From: Entomortierella parvispora E1425
Taxonomy: Eukaryota > Fungi > Mortierellomycota
NCBI GenBank assembly: GCA_020891255.1
Contig: BQFW01000001.1
Span: 1,798,001-1,862,000, forward strand
Length of the DNA stretch: 64,000 nucleotides
Direction: 5' to 3'
The notes beneath the pieces are model-generated. The model did not search any database. It saw nothing but the letters and a program-made list of their open reading frames with translations, and had not been told where the DNA came from. The position numbers were made by a program, and so were the translations under genes. This document shows, piece after piece, positions 55,048 to 64,000 of this stretch; within the stretch, counting starts at the first letter, position 1; each line of letters opens with the position of its first letter.

Positions 55048-56807
55048 AAAAAAAAAAATAAACAAGTTAACTCTTATGATGGCGTCGTGCCGAGATATCT
55101 GGTTTTCACTTAATATGGAGGGGCAGAGCGTCTACGCCTCTTGGATACTTATTGTCTGAGAGATCCTTTCGATCTGGATATGCAGACCTGCGCAGCTGCA
55201 GAGACAGTTTCCGGATTGGAGACTTGTCTGAGCGCCAACTGAAGCGGGCATTTCCGCAGGACGTCCAAAGGGAGATCGGAGAAGTTTACCTTTCATGTTT
55301 AACTTTCTCCATTGTCTCCAATCCGAACTCCGTAGGAATGGGCCGTTCATCAAAGACCCAAAACGAATGCAATATTGGCGGTCAGCCGGAGAACCTGCCG
55401 CTGCACTTTTGAAGCATTATTCAATATTTTTACAACTGTTGGTTTTTTTGCCCTGCGTGTTCATGCATGGGGTTCCAAGCTGGTTGAGGTGACGTTACAC
55501 CATAAAGAGTGGGGCCACTAGACTACCGTACCAACATACAGTTCAGTAAAAAAATGTCTATTCGACTTTAACTCAAGCCCACGTAAACAATGCGGAAAAG
55601 AGACAAAATGAAAAGACTGGTCCGCAGCTGGAGGGCCCCTCTTTCCCGAGACAAGCGACAGGAGGAAAGAAAGTACCTAAGAAGGATCGAGAGCGGCGTG
55701 CATTTTTCTTCTAGATTGTCTCTCATCGTTATGCCTTCTCTCTTGTTCCTTTCCCCGGGACGCTGCGGACGATTACATCGTTCTTGTGATTGGACTGAAA
55801 CCCTTTGGAGAAGCGGTGCGAAGCAAGAGGCAGGGGCGAGTGTAGAGACGGGGCGTGGAATGCAGGTTAGGCGACTTTTTGTTCTAGATGGCGAAGCAGA
55901 AATGCATGAAGTTCTTGAAGGAAGTTAATGGTACGAATGACCGATATCAATGGCAGGATTGACGCCAGAAGTGGTGTCGAGTCGAAGCGCTGTGTCCTTT
56001 GTTTCCCGGGATAACATTCAAGCGGCCAGTTTTCCTTGTAGTTTCTACTTTCTCGGCATGTAAGACACAGAGGGAAGTAGATCCAAACGATCCAAAAGGC
56101 ACCATCCAGAAGGCAGGGGTTCGTCCCCCTTTTCAATTTTATCTTTTTTACCTTTTAACCTTTCTTCTCTGCCCGCTGTCGGACAGACGGACGGAGCAAT
56201 TGAATTGGCCAAGGCAAACAAGAAAAAGAAAAAAAGAGAGAGCCAAGAGCACTGGGAGCGAAAAAGGAAATTTGCTGCGAGGCTGTTCTGCAGGGAGCAG
56301 AGCCAGTGCGGCCTGGTCTGTCTGACCACGACCGCCATCGTTCTGTGCACAAGGAAAGTTGAAGGTTGCTTGGCAAGCCTTGCTGTGGATAGGAGCAAAC
56401 AAGGTTTTTCCCTTTTTCAATCGCACGCTGGTTCCATGCCGCACACCCAAGGGACTAGCACAATCGCCATTTTTGGCCACCATTCAAGCACTGTTATAAA
56501 GACCCCTCCTCGGTGCCGCCTTTCCCTACCCTCTTTTTCCTTGTCTTTCTCTCTCTCTCTGTCGCTCTTTCGCTCCTTGTCCTTGCCCTCTTTTCTATCC
56601 CCCCCCCCCTATACCATCCCATCGCCCTCAATTGATCTCTTGTTCCCACTCAGATCCACCGACGGGTTCTCGCCCCCCTTTCCCAGACACAGACCACAAC
56701 ACGGCCAAATATTCCCTGTTGTTGTTCTAACTCTATTCGTTTCTCATCTCTGAATCGAATCTCTTCATTCCTTCTCTCCTCATCCTCATCGCTTCTCCAG
56801 GTCCGGA

Positions 56808-59800
56808 ATGTCTGCTGCTGCTGCTGCCGACAACAACCAAAAGCAAGAGCACGAGCTCGTTGCCTTGGAACAGCCGCACATTGTCGACATTGCTGACTCT
56901 GACCGTCAGGATATCACAGCTACACCCTCGACGGTCAACTTCCACAACGAAAAGGGCCCTGATGCTCCACCCTCAGAGTCCAGTGATGATGACAGCGACA
57001 AGAAGAAGAAGAAAAAGAAGGATGACGATGAGCCCAAAGTCTCGTACCTGCAGCTCTACCGCTTTGCTTCGCCCTTTGACTGGGCCTGTGTCGTGTACGT
57101 TACCGGATACCTCTTGTACCCCTTGTTACTGCTGCAGGCTGCAGAGGGTCTTGCCTATTGCTAACTCAAATATTCATCTCTATTCTGTATGCTCATAGTC
57201 TCGGAACCCTTTGCTCGTTCGCCAACGGCATCGGTCAACCTTTGGTTGCTCTGTTGATGGGTAGTGTTGTCAACGGCATTGCCGAGAACCCTGACGATCT
57301 CCCTGCGGCCATCGCTAAGCTCCGTGTCATCGTTATCAAGTTCACGATAGTCGGAGCCGTTATGTTCTTTGTCGCTTACGGCCAAATGTGTCTTTTCACG
57401 CTCTCGGCCGAGAGTCAGACCAAGCGCATCCGTGAAAAGTATCTCCATGCCATCCTTCGCCAGGACATCTCTTGGCACGACATTGGCAAGAAGTCAGAGT
57501 CCCTCAACTCGCGCCTCAGTGCCGACACTCAGTTGATCTTTGATGGATTGGCCGACAAGGTCGGTCTGTGTCTCAGTAGTTTGGCTACCTTTGTTGCCGG
57601 TTTCGTCGTTGCCTTCACTCACGGATGGAAGATGAGTTTGGTTCTGTTTACTGCCGTTCCCTTGATGGCTGGTGAGTGACATTCCATCTTCATGTATTAG
57701 CTGTCCTTCAAGTCAATTGTATGGATTGACTCTAGTTCGTTGACTCTAATCCTCTCTCTCTCTCTCTCATGTCTCTTTGGTTAGTTACTGGTGCCCTCAT
57801 GGCCAAGTATTCAACCGAAACCTCCTCTGATGGTCAGGACTCATACGCTGTTGCTGGCGGTTACGCCGAGCAGGCCATTGGAAGTATTCGTACTGTCGTC
57901 GCCTTTGATGGTCAGAAGCGCGAGCTGAAGAAGTTCGAAGAGGTCCTCAAGGACGCTTACAAATCTGGCGTCAAGAAGGCCTTCGCCACTGGTCTTGGTA
58001 TGGGAAGCTTCATGATGATCATGTTTATGAGTTACGCCCTCGCTTTCTGGTACGGATCCCGTCAGGTCCGTGACGGAAACATGTTGCCCGGTGATGTTCT
58101 CACTGTCCTTTTTGGAACCGTTATCGGTGCCTTCTCCATTGGAAATGTTGGTCCCAACATTGCCGTCTTTGGCAAGGCTCAGGCTGCTGCCTTCACTATC
58201 TTCAAGACAATTGACCGTGTGCCCGATATCGACTCGACTGATCCCTCTGGAGCCAAGCCCGAGAACTTGACCGGTCACATTGTTGTCAAGAATGTTGACT
58301 TCGCGTACCCTAGTCGCCCTAATGTTCCCATTCTCAAGAACATGAACATTGAGGTCAAGCCCGGTCAGACAGTCGCTTTGGTCGGCCACTCTGGAAGTGG
58401 AAAGTCGACCATCATTGGTCTTGTCGAGCGTTTCTATGACCCCAGCTCTGGTTCCATCTCCATTGACGGTATCGAAATTAAGGACTTCAATATTCGTCAC
58501 TTGCGTGACAGCATCGGTCTGGTCTCGCAAGAGCCTGTTCTCTTCAATGCCTCCATCAAGCAAAACATCATGTATGGTATCCGCAAGGATCAGTCCCCTC
58601 CTACTGACAAGGAGATCGAAACCGCCTGCCGATTGGCGAATGCCCACGATTTCATCTCAAAACTCCCCCAGGGCTACCTTACCATGGTTGGCGAGAAGGG
58701 TGCTCTGTTGTCTGGAGGTCAGAAGCAACGTATTGCCATTGCCCGCGCCTTGATCAAGAACCCATCCATTTTGCTTTTGGACGAGGCTACCTCGGCCCTG
58801 GATACCGAGTCTGAGCGTATTGTCCAGGCAGCCCTCGATAACGCCGCCACCGGCCGTTCCACTATTGTTATTGCCCATCGTCTGTCGACCATCATGTCTG
58901 CTGATCTGATTTATGTCATGGATCGTGGAGTTGTTCTTGAGTCTGGTACACACGAGTCTCTCATGGCCCTTGGAGGCACGTACACCGATTTTGTTGCCAA
59001 GCAGCAGCTCAAGACGGGTGGTACTGATGTCGAGAAAACCGAATATGACGAAACCGCCATTACCCCTTCCAATGCCCCTCGTATTGCCATCGCCGACTCG
59101 GCCTTTCCCCAGGATGGCGCCCGCACTGGTCGCAAGATGAGTACTCTGCTTCGCCGAATTTCGTCGCACCAGTCCAGCCGCTCAGACAAGTCTGGAGATG
59201 GTGTCGTTGAAGTCGTTGAAGATCAAGAGATGTCTGAGGCTCGTCTGAAGAAGGAGGCAGCCAAGAGGCTCAAGATGCAGAAGGCCCCTATTGGTCGTAC
59301 CATCAAATATCTTCGCAACGATGTTTCCCTGTGTTTGTTGGGTGTCTTCTTTGCATGTATCCAGGGCGCACTCTTCCCTTCGTTCTCCCAGCTCTTTGCC
59401 GGTGCCATCAATACTCTGAACGCCTATAGAGAGGACTCGTTTATTCACGACGCCAACATGTGGTCCCTCCGTTTCCTCATTTTGTCTTTTATTGGATTTG
59501 CCGGTTTCTGTGGAGGCATGACGTGCTTCCTGATTGTTGGGGAGCGTGTGACAAGCCGTTTCCGTCTTCTCAGTTACAGATCCATCCTCAGTCAGGAGAT
59601 GGCCTTCTTTGATCGTCCCGAGAACTCTACTGGTGCCTTGGCCAGTCGTTTGGCCACGGATTCGCAACAGATCTTTGATATGGTTTCTCAGGTTATCTTG
59701 ACAACGGTTTCCTCCCTTGCCACTATTGCTGTTGGTCTTGGCTTCGCCTTCAAGGCCACCTGGCAAATGACTCTGATTATCCTCGCCGCTGTTCCTATTA

Positions 59801-61026
59801 TCGGTCTTGGTCAATATCTCGAGATCGCTGCCCTCACTGGATTCGGCGAAAAGACTCGCAAAGCTTACGAGCAATCTGGAAAGGTTGCAGGAGAAGCTAT
59901 TGCCAACATCCGTACTGTTGTCTCCTTGGCTAAGGAGGATGTCTTTGAGGCTCGTTACTTTGAGGTGACCCGCGAACCCCACGCCTACGCTCGCAACAAG
60001 GCCTTGTATGCCTCCTTCGGCTTTGGCATGTCTCAGGGTGTCTCATACTGGGCCAACTCTATCGGTTTTTATGGTGGATACCGTCTGGTCGAGGCTGGCA
60101 TCATTGAGTTCCAGGACATGTTCAACTGTATGTTTGCCATTGTCTTCACCGCCATGAGTTTGGGACATATCACCTCGGAATTGCCCAAGTTTGCCAAGGG
60201 CAAGCAGTCGGCCATCAACATCTACGAGCTGCTGGACAAGGATACCACTATTGATGCCGACCGCGAGGGTGTCGAGTTGGATACTATTCACGGCTCTCTT
60301 TCTTTGGAGAAGGTCGAGTTCAAGTACCCTACTCGCGAGAACATCCAAATTTTCAACGGTGTCGATATCAAAGTTCACCCTGGACAGACCATTGCTTTGG
60401 TGGGTCCCTCTGGATGCGGAAAGTCGACTATCATTGCCCTCTTGGAGCGTTGGTACGATGTCAACGGTGGCAAGGCCGTGATCGACAACCATGACATCAG
60501 AGACTTGCAATTGCACAACATTCGCAACCATATGGCTTTGGTCGGTCAAGAACCCGTCTTGTTTGACATGTCGATCAAGGACAACATCCTCTACGGTCTT
60601 CCCGACAGCCATGGAACCATGGAGCAAGTGGAAGCCGCTGCTAAGTTGGCCAACATCCACAACTTTGTCATGGGTCTTCCCAAGGCCTACGACACCTCTG
60701 TCGGTGACAAGGGATCTCAGCTCTCAGGAGGTCAGAAACAGCGTATCGCCATTGCTCGTGCTTTGATCCGCAACCCAAAAATTCTTTTGTTGGACGAGGC
60801 CACTTCAGCCTTGGATTCTGAATCCGAGAAGTTGGTCCAGGAGGCGTTGGACAAGGCCCGTTATGGACGCACCACAATCGTGATTGCTCATCGTTTGAGC
60901 ACAATTCAGGATGCAGACTTGATTCTTGTCGTCAAGGATGGTCAAGTGGTCGAGTCTGGCAGACATTACGAGCTCGTTTCTTTGAACGGAGTGTATGCCG
61001 ACTTGTGCCAGAAGCAAAACTTGTAG
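56808..61026 (+). CDS. Full-size ABCB1/MDR1-type ABC transporter, 3 exons
   Basis: Two TMD-NBD halves; Walker A GHSGSGKST and GPSGCGKST, signature LSGGQKQRIAIARA, Walker B ILLLDEATSALD, H-loop IAHRLST. Confidence 0.97.
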
Positions 61027-61661
61027 AACTCAAGAAAAAAACTATGTTCCCTTTGCATTCCACTTTCCCTTCCACCTATATAATTGTATACCAATCTCTA
61101 CCACATAGTCCCATAGTTTAGCGCCATCTTTTTGATAAAGATATAATGAATTCAAAAGTACTTGATTCTCAAGCGCGTAGCTGAGCATGCTTGAAGAGGC
61201 GAATTGTTTGTCAGGGGCTGTCTTGATCTGTTTCCTCGAGATCCCTCTCCACGTGTTGTAGCCGGTAAAGCCGTGAAGTGTGTGCTATTGTCCAAGAGAC
61301 CCGTGCGATGCATGCCGGCCCCACTTCGAAGTTTTGACATCCGGCTACTGCTCCTTCAGGGCCGTAACCATCTTGTCCTTCCCCTTTGTGATTCCGCGAC
61401 CCCGCCCGGGCTGTTCCGGCCTCCCCTTCAATGGAACATTCAGTAATCCCACAACCAGGGAATCCCACCATAGAATCAGAGCTGGTCTTATCTCACAGTT
61501 ATAAGCATGCCGATCGTGGGATTCAAAAGCACTTGTGTCGCTTGCAGATTGTGCTCCCAACTCTGGGGTAGTAATTAGATGCGACTTCTTGAACGCCCCC
61601 GAGGCTCGACGCGATCATAGCAAATATCCCTTTTCAATCACACTTTGGCCATGCTCTTGTT

Positions 61662-62108
61662 ATGACCAATGTTTATGATCCCCAAGTTATGTTTGCCGAT
61701 CAAGGGTATGAAAATTCGAAGCACAAGCACGACCAAAAGGGCCCGTCCAATATTGGAGTAAAGAGCTCTACATTTGGGTTCACGTCACCGTGGACGCGCC
61801 TGCGAACAAATGGGTGCTTAAAAAAACCGAGTTTCAGCTCAAGTCTTGTAGACCGTCTCCAAAACGTTGGCGCTAGCCGCAGTGATCAACTTGTTGCAAC
61901 TTCATATGCGGAGGAGAATAAGGAATGGGTAATTCAGCCCGACAGAAGTGGCGCCTTTACGACCAGCCTATCCCCTCGATTATGGCCCGCCAACCTTTGG
62001 GCCTTGACCAAGGATTCTGCAGGCGCGAATGTTGTTCTCCGACTCGCTGCAGATATTCCCTCAGACGAACAGTTGTGGAAGATTACGCCTGATCCCCTCC
62101 AGGAGTAA
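61662..62108 (+). CDS. Small hypothetical ORF; C-terminal half weakly resembles a beta-trefoil (ricin-B-like) domain
   Basis: 148-aa ORF with xxW-hydrophobic repeats (KEWVIQP, EQLWKITP). The N-terminal half is unconvincing, so it may be a remnant or partial exon. Confidence 0.3.
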   Translation: MTNVYDPQVMFADQGYENSKHKHDQKGPSNIGVKSSTFGFTSPWTRLRTNGCLKKPSFSSSLVDRLQNVGASRSDQLVATSYAEENKEWVIQPDRSGAFTTSLSPRLWPANLWALTKDSAGANVVLRLAADIPSDEQLWKITPDPLQE

Positions 62109-62320
62109 AATCCATAGTGTCCAGCGAAATGCAAATCTCCTGTTGACAGATCACTCAGCCACTCAGGCACATGGGCGCACTGCCACCGCAACGGTCGGCG
62201 GTGATTGGCGCTGCCCTGAATCTTTTTCACTTAAGGGTGCATCCGTCTTTCTCGGTATCTTGTCCTCGCCTTTCTTCTCGGAGCTTGGACCATCTTCTCA
62301 TCTCGCTCCTCATCCCACCC

Positions 62321-64000
62321 ATGGCATCCTACCAGCTCCTACCGTTGACTGCGGGTGAGGAACAAGGAGGTGTCCAGAGCTCACACGGAAAACCCGTAGG
62401 CAAGCCTGCTCGGTACCTGGCCTCGGTCTTGCCTGCTACCAGGACGAGGCGTCGAATTGTCCTCATTGGTCTCATTCTCTCCACAGGACTCCTCCTCCTC
62501 ATTAGTCTTGGGCAGTCTGTGGACTTGACTCTTGGGCGAGGAGAGTCTGACTCAAAAGGCAATACCAACGTTCCCCCAGAGGCCCAGTGGACAGCAAAGA
62601 CTTTTGTACAGGATTTTGAACTTCCCGAGGCTACCTGGACTTGTACGGACGATGGTCTCAGCAAGAATGAGCAAGAGTCAAAGTCCAACAAACGATCCCG
62701 TCAATGTATAGTCGAAAATTTCTGTGTTGACCGGAAAGGTAAACATAGGACAACGTACTTGTCTGGCCTTGCATTGTCGGCTCGTGATAGTTATGCATGT
62801 TGGCAACGCGATATGGATCAAGGATCCACTTCTCATTTTTTTCTCTCGCAAACTGTTGGATCTAGGCGGATTCATTCGAAAGGATGGAATCTTTAGGAAA
62901 AACGTACCAAAAGTCAACCTTATGTCGTCAGATGAAGAGTCTGATCAAATCTGGCAACCAAGGATGGAGCGGTCGTCATGGTTCGGGAGCAAAACTATCA
63001 GGGCTCACTATGTCAACGATACCGTCTTTGTTCATTCGTTCTACTCGCCCTATCACTTTTCTCACTGGTTATTCAACGGCATGACCCCTCTGTACAGGTA
63101 TAGATGGTTTTTAGTATCAATATGAAGGCGGTGAATTGGGACGACCATTCTAACCCACCCTGATCTGGTAAACACCACAGCACCATGAAACGATTTGGCC
63201 ACACGAAGGATTCATGGACATTCCGCGCAGGTCGGTTTTGGGCCGACCCTATCGAGCGTCAAGGAACTTGGGAGATGGATCATTTCTTTCAAACAGGTAG
63301 AGAGCTTGTTCTTCATGAGGAAGAGATCTCAACACCGTTTCAAACCTTGCCGCCGAAGGAGGCGCCGATCTGTTTCCGAAGGGCCGTGATCGGCCTTGGT
63401 TCGCAATGTGCTCTAAGCTACTGCGAGAAAAATATTCCAACAGAGCTCTACAAGTCTTTCAGGAAGGAGATCGCTGATTATTACTGGAAGACACCATTAA
63501 CATGGCAGAGGCATCTGGAAAATGCTCAGTACGCGATCGACCATGGACTGGATCATCAGGAGCACGAAAACGGCGGACATAAGATGAAGAAGCGGTGGAT
63601 CCACGATAGTGAGGACTTTGAGGAAACCCAAGAACCAGGCAATAGGTCGAGTATTGCCAGCATGCCAGAGAAAAGGCAGGAAAAGGGTTCAGACGATGCT
63701 ACCACCCAGCTCAAATGCCTGGAAATCGCCCGCTATTACAATTTTGAGCGAGCTGTCCCAGGACATGGTCAGGAGCAGGGCGAGGTCTCCAGTCGTGTGG
63801 GTCAGAGTTACCCAGATCTCGTTGACTTGGAAGCAACCTATGAAAATACAGTCACGCCTGGAGGCAAGCGCCAGCTGGTTGTCGGCATCCTTCAACGCGA
63901 GTCTTCCCGACGACTTTTGAATGCCGACGAGATGGCCGAAAAGTTGGCCGAGGCAGGGTTCCGTGTTAAGTGGATGAGTTTCGATCATGGCTGCGGAATT
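62321..64000 (+). CDS. Type II membrane glycosyltransferase, GT61/DUF563-like; truncated at the right edge
   Basis: N-terminal TM (RIVLIGLILSTGLLLLISL), RQCIVENFC, PYHFSHWLFNG and VVGILQRESSRRLLN; introns near 62.74-62.87 kb and 63.1-63.18 kb. Confidence 0.75.

Noticed and set aside
55132-55492. Possible gene remnant upstream of the ABC transporter
   Set aside because: Short overlapping ORFs with no consistent frame or recognisable motif.
57841-60660. Long antisense ORFs (170-268 aa) opposite the ABC transporter
   Set aside because: Expected shadows of strong codon bias in the sense gene; no independent motifs.

Overview
Eukaryotic, gene-dense fungal DNA with short GT-AG introns; the gene content and style suggest Mortierellaceae/Mucoromycota (inference, not proven). 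Conserved genes: Rictor/Avo3, MIS12, a Slm1-like BAR-PH protein, Ett1/Nro1, a BRI3-like protein, NOT3, a CDF zinc transporter, NAR1, a TatD/Scn1-like protein, an OCA-type phosphatase, an ABCB1-type transporter, a GT61-like glycosyltransferase, and three tRNA genes (Val-AAC, intron-containing Tyr-GTA, Asn-GTT). Two structurally complete transposons each sit directly beside a tRNA gene. (1) A 9,614-bp Mutator-like element (12295-21908) has ~50-bp TIRs and a perfect 9-bp TSD (CTTTTTTGT) that contains the T6 tract downstream of tRNA-Tyr. It carries a predicted spliced Ulp1 SUMO-protease::FAR1-MULE-SWIM transposase fusion, a divergent zinc-finger/coiled-coil gene, a further orphan frame, and ~11.3 copies of a ~282-bp palindrome-rich repeat between the divergent genes. 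This layout recalls the plant VANDAL anti-silencing MULEs and is the best candidate for an undescribed system. (2) A 6,141-bp Ty3/Gypsy element (29353-35493) has apparently identical 608-bp LTRs, a 4-bp TSD and a single gag-pol ORF. It has no chromodomain; its integrase tail reads through the PPT into the 3' LTR. It is inserted 35 bp upstream of tRNA-Asn. All domain calls come from motif recognition by eye; no database searches were run.
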